Source: Octopus vulgaris
Taxonomy: Eukaryota
Reading direction: 5' to 3'
Assembly: GCA_951406725.2 (NCBI GenBank)
Contig: OX597817.1
Span: forward strand, 106,888,001-106,952,000
DNA: 64,000 nucleotides
In this document: one piece after another, positions 26,865 to 41,200 of the stretch
Layout of the letters: each line of letters begins with the position of its first letter
Position numbering within the stretch: the stretch's first letter is position 1
Position numbers and translations under genes: made by a program
The notes under the pieces: generated by a model
Seen by the model: only the letters and a program-made list of their open reading frames with translations
The model's database searches: none
What the model was told of the DNA's origin: nothing

Positions 26865-27069
26865 TCATCAGATCATGACCATGCTAAGTCACTGCCTTGA
26901 AAAATGTTTTGTTGAATGAATTGACCCCATTACTTATCTTTAGTTAAGCCTGGTATTTATCCTTTTGGTCTCTTTTACTGAACCACTAACTTACAGGGAT
27001 GTAAACACACCAACACTGGTTGTCAAGCAGTGGTGGAGGACAAATATAGACACAAAGACACACACACAT

Positions 27070-27128
<59 letters not shown>

Positions 27129-27290
27129 ACAGGCTTCTTTCAGTTTCCATCTATCAAATCCACTCACAAGACTTTGGTTAGCCCGAGGCCATTATAGAAG
27201 ACACTTGCCCAAGGTGCCATGCAGTGGGACTGAACCCAGAACCATGTGGTTGGGAAGCGAGCTTCTTACTATACATAAGCTACTCTTGTG
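26865..27290 (-). mobile_element. SINE family 1 (with an adjacent partial copy 26645-26806)
   Basis: Reverse complement of the family-1 consensus. Confidence 0.8.
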
Positions 27291-28387
27291 CTTATGAGCC
27301 ATGCCCTCCACAAAAAATGGTTTCAAACATGACATTCTTCAACAAAAGATAGATTGGTATATAAAACTGATTTCTGAAGATAAGGATAATGAAATTTTAA
27401 GTGGATATATCTACCAGTAAAATGGTTAAAGGACTTGATGCTATTTTTAGAACTTTTGAAGAGAGCATGTACATAGAAATGGATGTTGATCTATTTCTAG
27501 TGAGTTTGTGCAAGTCAAAAGACAAGCTGAAAATGCACTCAATTGCTGCAGGGTAATGCACAAATAGAAAAAGAACGAAAGAAATAAACATCTACTTTAC
27601 AATATTAAAAAAAGAAAACCCAAAATACAATAGAAATATAAGATTTCTTTTATTTTTTTTTGCACATGCTGATGGCAGTCAATAAACTCTTAACATATAA
27701 AACTACATCCAATTCATTTATTTCGTTCTTTAGCTCTATTGATTTTTTATGTACCTAAGTATTGTGGAAAATTAAAATTTTTATATTTTTTTAAATTTAA
27801 AGTCAAGATATTCAGTGATTTTTTACATGCACTTATGTATCCAAAAACTATGGTCTTTATGAAGTACACATTACCAATAGTGATAGGTATATACTGTCTA
27901 TGAATGTATGTACATACACTTACACATACACATAAATAATATACATGTATGTATGTATGTATAACCTTTCATAATCTGACACAAGATTACCACCTCCAAT
28001 GCTTCCTCCCTCTCAAAAGATTTTTGTTTTGCAAGTTACTTGGAGACCCTGTCAGTACAAGTGCCACTTAAAAAAACATCCAGTCCACACTGTAAAGTGG
28101 TTGGCATTTGGAAGGGCATCCAACAGTAAAAACCTTGCCAAAACTGACCTCACCTGTGTTTGTGCCATGAAAAGAGCACTCAGTCAACTCTGCTAGGTGG
28201 TTGGTATTAGGAAGGGCATCTAGCCGTAAGAGCCCTGCCAAAACAGACATAGAAGTCTAGTGCAGGCTTCTACCTGGTCAGTTCCTGTCAAACTGTCCCA
28301 CCCATGCCAGACATTAAACGATGATGATGAGGATGATATGTGTGTGTGTAGATAGATAGATAGATAGATAGACAACAGATAACATGC

Positions 28388-30921
28388 ATAATGGTCTGTA
28401 TAAGTACAAAGGGTTACCATTAGGTTTAAAAGTCGCACCAGTGATTTTTCAACAGATAATGGCTGCAATGTTAGTGGACTGTGAATTTGCAATTCCATAT
28501 ATGGATGATATATTCAGTAAAAGCAAATCCAGGGATCAACAAGTTGAGCACATAAAATATGTATTTGAAAAAATTAAGGATTATAGCTTTACTTTGAGAA
28601 AAGCGTGAATTTTTTTTTACTGGAAATAAGATATTTAGGACAAATTATTGATAGAAATGGATGATGACCTGATCTGTCGAGGGCAGATGCAATTAAAAAT
28701 ATGCTTCTTCCGATTAATATAGCAACCATACAAGCATTTTTAGGACTGGCAAATTATTACCAAAATTAATTTCCAAATATGCCTGAATAATTTGCTGAAA
28801 AAAGATATGAAATGGAATTGGACAGAAAATTGTCAAAATGTGTTTGACAAAATAAAAAAAAATATTAATATCTGATTTGTCAATTCTGCAGTAGAGATTG
28901 TTGTAGCTTCAGACACTTCTGAGTATGGTATAGGAGCAGTAATGCTACATAAATATAAAGATGGTAACATGAAGATGGTGGTTTATGCCTCATGTTCTTT
29001 GATATGAGCAGAGAAAAATTATAGTCAACATGAAAAAAAAAGCTCTAGTGATCATTTTTGCTGTGAAAAAAAATTCTCAGATCTTTGCACAGTAGAAGTT
29101 TCCAGCTACAGACTGATCAGTAACCGCTATTATCAATATTTGGGTTGAAAAAAGGAATTCCTACTTATATTGCTAATAGGTTACAATGTTAGGCTACGAT
29201 ATTATTAAACTACGATTTCAAATTGGAGTATATACCATCCAAGAAATTAGGCCATGCAAATTGTCTATCAAGACTGATTTAAAAAAATGCAGAACCATTT
29301 GAAGAGACTGTGATTGCCGCTTTGCAAGTGAAAAATGAAATTAAAAATGTTCTGTGTAACATCATTTGTGAACTGCTAGTTACATTACCAGACATAAAAT
29401 CAAAGTCGGAGAATGATAAATTCATTATAAAAATGAAAGAAACATTGATGGCCAAAGAAAATAAAAATATCTGTAACACAAATGTGAACCATTTCTCACT
29501 GTGTGATAATGTGTTGATGTATGTACAAAGAGTTGTAGTGCTGGCAACACTACAAATGCATTTATTAAAGGATTTTCATATTGGTCACCCAAGGATTTTG
29601 AGAATGAAACCACTTATCAGAAGTTACATATATTGGCTTACAAAGGACCATGACATTGAAAATTCAGTGAAATACTGCAGAGGTTGTGCCCTTGCAGCCA
29701 AGTCACCACCAGTAAGATTTCAACCATGGCTTAAAACTGATAGTCCATGGACCAGGCTTCATACAGATTTTGCTGGACTAGTAAATGGCACATACTACCT
29801 GATTGTAATAGATAGTTATTCTAAGTGGTTGGAAATATGTAGATGTAGTAACAATAGATTTTCTTCATAAACTCTTTGCAAGATATAGTGTCCCAGACAC
29901 CATAGTATCTGATAATGGTATAGAGTTTATGGTGTATGCATTTAAAAATGTTTGCAAAATGTACACAATTGAACACATCTCTACTCCACCATATCACCCA
30001 AGATCAAACAGGCAAGCATAATGGTTTGTGGATACTTTTAAAAGAACATAAAAAAAAATCAAGAAATGAGCTGGTCAATGACATAGCATTGACACAAGTC
30101 TCGAGGGTTTATAGGATAACACCAAACACTTGTTCAGGCAAGTCGCCTGTGGAACTAATGTTTGCTCAAAAAATAAAGTCAATATTTTAAAAGCTGTTGC
30201 CAGTAGGAAAAACAAATTGGGGAAACACTAAAAATATGACAAAGTATTTTAATATCAGTAACAAGGTCATCATCATCATCGTTTAACGTCTGCTTGTATT
30301 TCAAAATATATACAAAAATGGAAGAGAAGGTTGAGAAGACACAGGAGTAACAAAAAGATTAAGCAAAATGATGTATATGATAATGGGAACACAAAAGACA
30401 TTTAAACCATCTAAAAATAGATATATGGAAAAAGAAAAGAGATACCCATGGATGTGCTCTATGACAGCTTTGACGTTCCAATGCCACAAGAAGTTGAATC
30501 TAGGTGTAGCAGCACAAGAAAGATGAAACAAACAGAATGGTTGGTAGTAGTGCTTAAATGGAAAAAATTATTAAACTTCTCTAGGAAGAAAATCTCAAAA
30601 AGGAAGATGTGGTGAAAGAAAAAAATAAATATAATAATAATATTAACTTCCAACAGAAGTCAATCTGAAAAGGGGGAGATGTTGTGGCGAGAATCATTGA
30701 CACCCTTGTGGGATTGGAAGTATGGACTAGTCAAACTCTTATAAAAAGTAGCGTATTGGTTGAGAAGAGAAGTAGTAGGAGTCATTGAGAGTTTTTGGAA
30801 GTCATAGAGATTGTTGAGAGTTTGTATTTATTGGAATATTGTGTTTGGTGGAGTAATTTGAAGTACATCGTTTGAAGACACTTGTGTCTATCCCCACTTC
30901 ATGAAATCTGTATATCCAACA
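28388..30921 (+). mobile_element. 5'-truncated decayed Ty3/Gypsy LTR retrotransposon (RT-RNaseH-integrase, PPT, 3' LTR)
   Basis: GLYKYKGLPLGLKVAPVIFQQIM...YMDDI; GHPRI...RSYIYW...CRGC; PWTRLHTDFAG; many stops and frameshifts; PPT aaaagggggaga. Confidence 0.9.
30680..30921 (+). repeat. Putative 3' LTR
   Basis: Starts TGTTG directly after the polypurine tract and ends CAACA. Confidence 0.65.
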
Positions 30922-31139
30922 TATAGAAGGATGTAAAAATATATCATCATCATTTAATATCTGCCTTCTGTGCTGGCATGGGTTGGGCAGTTTGTCAGGA
31001 ACCAGCCAGGCTGGAACCTGCATCAGATTTCTTTGTCTGTTTTAGTAGGATCTTTACAGCTTGGTACCCTTCCTAACACTAACCACCCAGCAGAGTGGAC
31101 TGAGTGCTTTTTACATCACACGCACACACACACACATGT

Positions 31140-31732
31140 AAACATATAAATGCAATACAATGTGGAAAATATTCAAATACCAAAAGTAGAGTAATATGCA
31201 ATTTATTAAAGCTGAAAAAAAAAACCTTCTCAAGCTGTTACTCAGAGTATCATGTTACTGTTTGTCAAACAGTTGTGACGAAACTAAATAATTATGTGGG
31301 TACACATTATATAACATAATTATTATAACATTATTCAATGAATAAGCAACTGAATTTGCCTGAGTGACTGATTCCAAAACATAACAGTGTGGCTAGGCTA
31401 CGGAATAAACAATAAATTAATAATTAAAACAAAAAAAAAACTTTGTACAAAAGCAAATAAAAGTTAACAGAAAAATTCAATTATTAATTATTGTTTATTC
31501 CACCGTTATGATTAATCCCTACTGGCAGCCTAACTAGACTGTTATGTCTTGAAATTAGTCACTCATTCAAATTCAATTGCTTATTTGTTGAATTGAAACA
31601 ACTACATTGTTATATTATGTTACATATGCCCACACAATTTTTATTTATTTAGTATCATCACAACTGTCCAACAAACAGTAACATGAAATTCTGAGTAACA
31701 GCTTGTGAAGATCTTTTACAGCTTCAATAAAT
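31140..31732. mobile_element. Long fold-back PLE tail fragment (family D), ~530-bp imperfect hairpin
   Basis: Arms ~31200-31425 and ~31480-31732 mirror each other; HHR-like remnants 31235-31272 (minus) and 31664-31701 (plus); (CA)n/(GT)n flanks. Confidence 0.65.
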
Positions 31733-31733
31733 A

Positions 31734-31795
<62 letters not shown>

Positions 31796-31829
31796 ATGTA
31801 TGTATGTATGCATGTATTTATTTATTTAT

Positions 31830-32120
31830 TTATTTCAGTATTAAGGTTGTCATAGATTTCATGCTGAGGAATGCCTCAACAATTATCAAACCCATCACAT
31901 GGGACATCTGTGTTCATTTCCATTGTGGATTTAAACACAAAAAGTCACAGAAAGTCACAATAAAATCATATGAAAATGTCTTTGTTTACTGAAATTTCCA
32001 CATGATTTTATTGCAACTTTCTATGATGGAGACAAAAGAATGTTTCATGTGGATAGGCTTGATAATTGTTGATGTATTCCTTAACATAAAACCAATGGTA
32101 GCCTTGATACACAAATAAAG
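31830..32120. repeat. Imperfect ~290-bp inverted repeat (MITE or fold-back relic)
   Basis: tcaacaattatcaa / ttgataattgttga and agaaagtcacaataaaatcat / atgattttattgcaactttct arms around ~31985. Confidence 0.6.
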
Positions 32121-32618
32121 TTTACACACATACATATACATAAACACACATATTCATACATATATATATATATATATACACATTCAAGAGGCTTTCTTCA
32201 GTTTCTGTTTATTAAATACCCTCACACAAATTTTGTTGGCTGTACTTGCTCAAAACACCAAGCAGTGGGTCTGAACCTTAAATAACCACACACACACACA
32301 CACACACAAGAACAGACACACACAAAACATGGATGTACGTGCATGAATACACACACGCATACATATGAAAAAGTTGACATTTACTTCAAAGTTTTGTTAA
32401 AGGCTGTTTATTTTTTGGAAACTAAGCACAGTATTAGGAATCAGTGATATAAATACACGTAAGCAAGAGAGAAAGTAAAGTGAAATTGGTGGTTAATAGA
32501 TAGGGTTGTGAGGCCAAAGAGGAGTGGAAAAGGAACAAATAGAAAATTTGGAACTTGGTGGTATTTAGCCTTTGGTAAAAAAATAGGAAAATAAGGGACA
32601 TACATTTACACACACACA

Positions 32619-32673
<55 letters not shown>

Positions 32674-33553
32674 TCTTTATATTGAGCATAACACATTCAT
32701 AGATATGAATGTGTTATGCTACCATTGGTTTGATGTGTGAAATAGACTCTAGGGTTTTAGAACAACAAGAAATCTAACTTCAAATATTATTAAGATCTGA
32801 CTGGATAATGGTTATTTATATAATGCAATGTGTGTGTGTTTGCATGTGTGCACGTGTGTGGGTGTGTGTGTGTGTGTCTGTGTATGTGGTGCATGTATCA
32901 GTCTTACTTAAGTATTGTAAGTATTGTAAAGAGTTAGTAATTTTAGATGGGAGCCGAAGTATTTTCAGGCTCTCAAGAGTCAGACGGGTGTTTTACTCTG
33001 CTGTGGATATGAGATCGCCCGAAGAGATCACTTGTAAGTTTGTAATGATTCTCCAGAGTCTTGTTGCTTGTTGTCCATGACTAGAGTTATTGAGGCACAA
33101 AGGTATCATTTGTGCTGTAACCCATGCTAGCATGGAAAACGGACGCTAAACGACGACGATGATGATGATGATGATGATGACGAATATAAGATTGATATGA
33201 GCCCACCAAAAAATTTTCACAGAAACAGTCCAGATTTAGACTCACATGTACAGACTGCATGTGAAAAGTACTTAATAGAGAAGGTCAGAGAACAAAGGAG
33301 TGCCTGTTATTGGAGGAAGCAATGAGTAGATAGTTAATATATTGGAGAAAATCAACATTGATAGAATGTAGATATGAAAATACTATCAGCACATGTTGTA
33401 ATGGTGCAGGCTGACTAGAAGCTTCCACTCAAGCAGACGGGAGATGGATGAAGACCATGGGAAGGTGGTTTAACTAGGAAATTTGTATGTCAGACACAGA
33501 TGAATGCTTTGCTGGGGTCAAGTATATTATTTATGCTAAAGTTTTCAAGGGTG

Positions 33554-33901
33554 AAAGCTTACTGGGCAGAGACATAGGAAAACAGGACAATAGGGTTCAC
33601 TGTAAGTTCATTCTGAATAATTGCAATACAATGAACACATTGCCTTAAATTTCATTACTCAATAATTTCATTGCAAGTTGCTATATTGTCAATATATTCA
33701 TAGTCATATCAAAAACCTCATCAGTAAAGCTTACTGGGCAGAGACATAGGAAAACAGGACAATAGGGTTCACTGTAAGTTCATTCTGAATAATTGCAATA
33801 CAATGAACACATTGCCTTAAATTTCATTACTCAATAATTTCATTGCAAGTTGCTATATTGTCAATATATTCATAGTCATATCAAAAACCTCATCAGTAAA
33901 G
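33554..33901. repeat. Apparently perfect 172-bp tandem duplication
   Basis: aaagcttactgggcagagac... starts at 33554 and 33726; AAAG recurs at 33898. Confidence 0.9.
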
Positions 33902-35560
33902 TTATCAGTACTTGGCTTTTTATTGGCAGAGAAAATATATCAATAAAAATTATTTACAGTTTGTATTAATGGAGTAAATATAAAGCAAAAAGTTAAAAAA
34001 AAGAGAAATCCATCCTTTAATTTGGAATTTTCTAGATATCTTGAAAAGAAAACAAATCAAGAAATGAAGTAATAACAGTATATCCACTGCTGCAGGAATT
34101 CCACATTGGAGAAAAAATATAAAGAAAGTGCTGTCAGAATTCAACACATCACCAGTGAATGTAAAGTCTTGAAATGTCGAATTATTTAAGACATATTACT
34201 TATGATGGGTCTTTTATGAAATTGTCTTTTCAAAATGTTTCTTCTTTTCTCCAATTTAAAATAATATTGTTTTTACAAAAATTCCTTTTTGGAGATCAAT
34301 TTTTAAAAGTGATACCTGGACACCCCATCACAAATGTTTGTATCTTTGCATCTACTACTGATTCATTTTTAACTCTTTTCTAAATGTGAGTAGCCATGTA
34401 GCTCCACTACAACTAACACTTACTCTGCTCCATCCTATTGTTTTATACCTTAACCTTTCATCTGCAAGCATAAAGCCCTTCCTCTTGGGTTTTGTAGACT
34501 TACAACCTGCTTGGCGACTTCACTAGCACCAGTGACCCAAGAAAAGCACTCAGTACACACTGTAAAGTTGTAAGCATTAGGAAGGGCATCCAGCTGTAGA
34601 CATTGGAGTACAATGCAATCACCAGACCTATCTGATCCTGTCAAACTGTCCAACCCACGTCAGCATGGAACATTGTCGTTAAATGATGATGATGAAGAAA
34701 TTATGTTGATTTTATGTTAATACATTTTTTTTAAATCCTGGAATTTCATTTTCTTTCTTTATGAAATGTGACATATTTACTATGCAAATTTGCGAGTAAG
34801 AAAGCATGTATTTGGCTTGGCAATGAATTGGCTCACCAGCACCAGGTGATGAAACTATAGGCAAATGTATTTATAATGATGTAATAACTCATGATGAATT
34901 TAACTTGGCTTTATGGAAGCCACATTAGTGGCAACTGAGGTGGAAGATTGATTGAAGACATTGGCAAAGGTCACCAATAATAATCATCCCCATTACCTTT
35001 GAACTGCTGGATATGGGAAGTGTTAAGTTTGATAGTAAACAAAGTCAGATGAATGGGAACTTTTATATGTTGATGACACACACATACACATATTCATATA
35101 TATTTTCATTAAATAAGTGTCTATGTTCAAGTTTTATCTTTTTTATTTTAGACTGTTCATATTCTCTTGTTAGCTTTTTACAGTTGGTTTGGAATGGTAG
35201 AGTTCCTAAATCTATATCCAAATGTAAAAAAGAAATAAGAAAATATGAAAAATCTAAAGTGAAAAATAAAATAAAATAAAATAAAACTTGAACATAGGAG
35301 CAAGTTTGGCTGTGTGGTTGAGAAGTTAGCTTTCAAACCAAGTGTCTCAATAGACAAGCTTAAGCGGGCTTGGGACTTCACCTCTATTTTAATTTAAAAT
35401 AACTGTCTTCCCAGAGAGATTACTTGTGCTGTGATTGTATAGTGGATGACCTTGGATTCAGTCCCACAGCATAGCACCTTGCAAGTGTCTCCTACTCTAG
35501 TCCTGGGCTGACAAAAGCCTTGTGAGTGGATTTGCTAGGCAGAAACTGAAAGAAGCCAGT

Positions 35561-35609
<49 letters not shown>

Positions 35610-37389
35610 ATATGTGTCCACCCCCCACCATTTGACAATTGGTGTTGATTTGTTTACATCCCTGTAACTTAGCAGTTCAGCATTAGAGAAGGATATAATA
35701 AGTATTATGCTTAAAAGAAAGAAGTATTCAAGTCGGTTAATTTGACTAAAACCCTTCAAGGTGGTGCCCTAGCATGGCCACAGTCCAATGACTGAAACAA
35801 GTAAACAGCAAAAGATAAAAGAAAAATAGTCATGTAATTGATGAAATGTACATAATACGAAAGCTGTTACTCCTAACATAATGGTTTCAAATTTTGCCAC
35901 AAGGTCAACCATTTTGGGTGAGGGGATGTGTCAATTACATCAACCCAGTGTTCAACTGGTACTTAATTTGATTTTTTTTTAACCATAAAGGTTGAAGACT
36001 GGTACTTAATTTACTGACCCCAAAAGAACAAAAGGCAAAGTCGACCTCAGAGGAATTTGAACTCGGAACACAGCCGCAGATGAAATACCTATTACCCATA
36101 TCATATTAATACACAAACTTACATGCATGCATGCATGTGTGTGTGTGTGCACGCGCATGTGTGTGTGTGCATCACTGCATTGAGAAAAAAAGATTAAGGA
36201 GATATAGAAGATGTTCCAGACCTTGAAAACTAGTCCAACAGGCACAGGCCAACAAGGCAAGAACAGAAATACTAATAAAAATTTTGCTTTGAAGTTTCTA
36301 TTCTGCACTTCTTCCTGTCGTTTTTGATGGATTAACTTGCAAATATTTTCAAAGTCAGCAAAGTCTACAGTGTCGACTATTAGGTTCCAGCAGGCCATAT
36401 ACTGCATAAGAATGATGCACCTGTTTGAAATTTATCTATTACTGCATCTAACTATTACACAAAACAATAAGCATTGTATATCAACATCGGCCTTGTTTAT
36501 GAAAATCTCATTGCCATGAAACCAAAGAAAATATATTACTTTTTCTATTGACATTTTATCACAAAATTTACGTATATAAGATTACGAAATATGTGTACAT
36601 GTAATATAATATTATATCCATGTTTTGCTTATTTAAACTTGTTTGGTATTAAATATAGAGCAAAAAAAGAATATAACAGATTTTCACAAGAATCATTTTG
36701 AGGTGTAAGTGTGACACAATATGTTGATTTGGTCACATTTAACATAAAATATACTTTTTATATTTTGAATATATATTTTGAAGAAAGCTTCATTTTTCAC
36801 TCTTGTATGTTGGTTTATCCAATAATACATTATTTCAGTAATATTCTATTTAATAATAAACATATATGACAACAAAAATATAAATAAAAGATCACTAAAG
36901 GTTAAAATGTATTTAACCCAAGGGCAAACACTTAGCGGGGACTTAAAACAACACAGAAACATCTCCTCAACACACACACTCATTAATGAACTTAACTTTT
37001 TGTTTACTGAGGTGTTTTAGTAGAGACCTCAATCTCTTCACCCACTGTTGTTATGAGATAGCTTAGTCTGTCAAAAAAGTTGTTCTCACATCTAATTAAA
37101 AATCTCCCTCCCTGCTACCTTCTTTCCTTTTCCCCCACTCCAGTTCCTAACCAGCAAGAAGATATTTACATTATGTGGTTTTTGTGAAAGTGAGCCATTT
37201 TGGAAGTTAAGTACTTAAAAGAGATTTAATATTATGAAAGAAAAAAAAAATTTTTTCTTCATATTACTGGAAGTGATGAGATCATGACAAACACAAGAGT
37301 CATCCACTATACAATCACAGCACAAATAATCTCTCTGGGAAGACAGTTATTTTAAATTAAAATAGAGGTGAAGTCCCAAGCCTGCTTAA

Positions 37390-40300
37390 GCTTGTCTATT
37401 GAGACACTTTCCTAGTTTATCTGTGTGTGACTGGATGCAATAGGATCCAATGTATGGAGGTGTGAGAGGGGTTTTCACAGCATCGTTCCGTACAAACACA
37501 TTGGAAGATATTCGCTCCAATGCTGCTGATCTGGGTAAGCAGGCAAAGCAGCTTTCATTTGATGATGGAATCGTTCGACCATACTGTGGATGGTAACTGG
37601 TAGTTTGAATCCAACGTGCACATATGGTCTTCATGAGCTTGTGGAAGAGTTGCTATTCAAACTGTTTTCCATGGTCGGTAGTGATGGTGGTATGGACTCT
37701 GTACCGTGAGAAAAGCTTTGGCAACAGATTCTGCAGTGATATCTACTAAAGGAATAGCTTCCAGCCAATGTGTGAAATGATCAATGCAGGTGAGTAGGTA
37801 GGTATATCCCTGGCTGACTGGCCAAGGTCCGACAAGGTCGATGTGTATATGGTTGAAACGTACATCTGGTGTGTTGAATGTACCAAGGGGTACACAGATG
37901 TGCCTATGCACCTTTGACTTCTGACAGAAAAGGCAGGAGCATGACCAAGCAGTGATGTCTCGTCTCATATTTAGCCAAAAGAATCTAGCCAAAATGAGTG
38001 TCACTGTAGTGGTGACGTCAAGGTGTGACAGGTTATGCAATGTGCTGACGACTGTTTGTCTGTGGGTCTCTGGAACAAAAGGATGAGGAGAATTCGTGGA
38101 AGTATTGCACAAAATCTGTGCATCAGCTGTGGGTACTGGGAAGTACTTGAAGTTGCATGTGGCAAAGGTGGGTGAGGATATGTCAATTGTCTCCAAGCAA
38201 GGTTGATCTTTAGCCAGGAGATGCAGGTTGATGTCTGTACATGATGACAGCAAATTCAGTGGTAGGCATGATAAGGCATGTGCTGCAGTGTTATCTACAC
38301 CAGAGATATGGTGGATGTCAGCAGTAAATTGGGAAATGAAATGCAAGTGCCTGGTTTCCCATGGAGAGTACTTGTCAGACTTCGGGCACAGGGCAAAGGT
38401 GAGTGGACGGTGGTCCGTAAAAATCGTGAATTGGTGTCCCTTGAGTGTGTACTGGAAATATTTGACTGCTAAATACATAGCAAACAGCTCCCATCCAAAA
38501 GTGCTGTAGTAAGTTTCAGCTGGTTTAAGGTACCAAGAGAAAAAGGCAAGAGGCTGGCGTTGTTGCTGGTGAAATTGTTGTAACACTGCACCTATGGCAG
38601 TGTTGGATGCATCCACTACAAGGGATAGCTGAGCATCCCTGACAGGGTAGGCAAGAAGCAATGCCTGAGTGACTGCTACTTTGCAGTGTTGAAGTAGTCC
38701 AACATTATTAGCTCATTCCTCTTTTTTCTTATTCCAAAGGAGTGTGTTTAGCAGATATAGGATTTCAGCTAAATGAGGAACAAAGCACCAATAGAAGTTG
38801 AATAGTCCCAAGAAATGTCAGAGCTGATGTAACATGGTAGGTGGAGGTAACTCCTGCAATGCTTTCGCCTTTGGGGGCTGATGATGTGACCTAGGAAGTT
38901 CAAAGAGGATGTGCTGAAAACACATTTGGTAGGATTGATCCACACTTGGTAAGTCTTGAACTGCTTGAAAGGCTGACATACATGAAGGAGATTTTCTTCA
39001 TGTGAGGTGCTAGCTATCAAGATGTCATCAATGTACACATAGACAAAATTTAAGTTGCAGACGACTTTGTCTTTGAACCTTTGAAATGTGCTGGCTGAAT
39101 TCTGTAACCCAAATGGCATAGTTAGGAATTTGAAGGCGCCAAAAAGAGTGGTTATGGCAGTCTTTGGAATATCCTCTGGATTCACAGGAATCTGACGATA
39201 TGCCTTAACCAAGTCCAGTTTGGTGAATACTCTGCAGTTGTGGAGAGATGATGCAAAATCCTGAAAATGAGGTATTGAGTACCTGTCTGGCACTGTGATG
39301 GAGTTTAATCTCCTAGAGTCACCAGTGGGCCGCCAGTCCCTGGAATGCTTTGGAACCATGTGCAAGGGGCTATTAGAGAGTCGGATGATGCCCAACTGAA
39401 GCATGTGGTTAAATTCTGCCTTGGCTACCAAGAAGAGGATACGAGGGTGAGAAAAAACTGGAGCACCTTTAGTTTCCATGAAATGAGTAGTGGTGTGGGT
39501 TGGAGCAGCAGTAAAAAAATTTAGGTTCATCAGCTCCAGATATGAGTTTAAGAGTGCATGGTATGGGTCGTCCATGGCAGCAATGAAAAAGACTGGACTA
39601 ACTGGAGGGGCTAGTGGCTTTTTATCAGGGATAGAAAGTTCTGTGGTCGCATTCTATAAGTGCTGAGTGTGCATGTCTACAACGATGTGGAAGTGGTGCA
39701 AAAAGCCTGCACCTAATATTGGGTAAGGGAGATCTGCAACTTTAAAAATCCACTTGAAGTCACATCACAGATCTAAATCCAACAAACAAGATATCTGGCC
39801 AAAAGTTGGAATCAGTGAATGGTTTACTGCCTGTAGAGTCACTGGGGATAACAGCAATTTGCCCATGAGGAGTTTTAACAGCCAGATACTGCAGGCAGCA
39901 TCTGTATCTATGAGGCAGCAGGTGCGGGATATCCGGACTGTTATGAAAAATGCACAGTTGGCTGCTAGCTGCTGCAGAGAATGTGCCGTACTCAATTATC
40001 TGGTTGGTCATTTTCCTGTCGAGAAACAGTAGAGGGTTGGGTACATTTACATGCTGAAGCTCCAAACTCGGCATGATACCAGCATATGGATGAATGAGCA
40101 GAGGACAAGTGATGGCAAGGCAAGAAGGAGCAATTGAAAGAATACTGTCTGGATGAACATGACCTGGAAGTGCGATGAAGCTGCACTTCTCTCATTCAGC
40201 TATCACCTTTAGGATAGCAGCCAAAGCAAGGTCCTTATCAGTGAAAACTGATGCTACTAGTGGGTGTGCAGAGGTATCCAGTGGTACTGAGGTCAGCTTG

Positions 40301-41200
40301 GTGGTGTTGCCAGTATACTCTATGATTCTGTCGGCGGTGGAGGCTATTTACTTGACAGGAGTTGTTTCCACCATAGAGGTTAGGATGGCTTAGACATTAG
40401 AGGGAAACCGGGAAAAAAAATAGTTGTTTCAATAAAGCACTATCAGCAGGTGCATTTTGGGCCAATTCCTTTGTGCGGTGCAGAAGTTGTGATGGTTTAC
40501 AGTTGCCTAAGTGCTCGTCATTGACAAGGGTTTGAAACTTTTCTTCCGACAAGGACGTGTGTCAAAGAATCTCCTACTTAATGCTCCTATACGTGGCATC
40601 ATGTGGGGGTTCATTTATCAGGTCCCTCTTGGTGGCTGTCAAGGACAATGGTATTGCACCAAGTAATATATGGAGCTGTTGGGCTACGGAAGCAATATTG
40701 TTTGCAGTAAATATCGATTCGATCTATGCAAACCACACTTTCACGTCACACGTGAAACAAGGTAAGGAACTGGGAAAAGTTTGTAAAATGGCATGCAATC
40801 GTGCTGTTAGATTTTTTCACGCTGAGAGTTGCTGAAGCGTGGAACAAACTGCCGGCATCGGTTGTTAGTTGTCGGAGCACTGCATCCTTCAAAACTTCCG
40901 TGCTTCCTGAGATTCGCCAACACTACACTTGATTTTCTCCCCTCCATACATACACAAGCATGTTCACTTTCCAGTCATTTCTACATTACTGCATGTACTT
41001 TATATGCACTTTCTGACAAGTTGTGGTGCACCTGAGCACTGTATACAATAATTTCATTATTATTATTATTAACTGATAGCTCAGGCAGCTGTGTTGTGTC
41101 CACATGGGGTATTCAAAATTAGTGTGCATGTGTAGCTTGAGAAATGGGGTCAAAGTTTGTGAAGAAAGACAAAATAGCGATGGGCTGCATGGTGTATCAA
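37390..41200 (-). mobile_element. Decayed Ty3/Gypsy retrotransposon internal region (gag-PR-RT-RH-IN)
   Basis: gag knuckle CWYHAEFGASACKC, protease-like LIDTDAACSI, RT LDLVKAY...MPFGLQNS...YIDDILIAS, RNase H VVDASNTAIGAVLQQ, integrase HIHIDLVGP...LTCIDHFTHW; LTRs not recognisable. Confidence 0.9.
40810..41070 (+). mobile_element. CR1-type LINE 3' end inserted in the Gypsy gag
   Basis: FFTLRVAEAWNKLPASVV...ASFK then short UTR and (ATT)n tail. Confidence 0.75.

Noticed and set aside
27451-27499. Possible 49-nt plus-strand exon (TFEESMYIEMDVDLFL) with ag/gtgagt
   Set aside because: Such signals arise by chance in 64 kb; unsupported
31858-31920. Hammerhead-like CTGAGGA...GGGA/GAAA in the 31830-32120 hairpin
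   Set aside because: Each arm has only half of the core, helices are weak, and the orientation is opposite to the other fold-backs
32920-33115. Possible further GIY-YIG C-terminal relic on the minus strand (TRLTLESLKILRL)
   Set aside because: Too short and degenerate to call by eye
36270-36420. Possible minus-strand host exon after tttcaaacag (VHHSYAVYGLLEPNSRHCRLC* or CIILMQYMACWNLIVD...)
   Set aside because: Plausible acceptor but no recognisable protein and no consistent partner exons; needs RNA-seq
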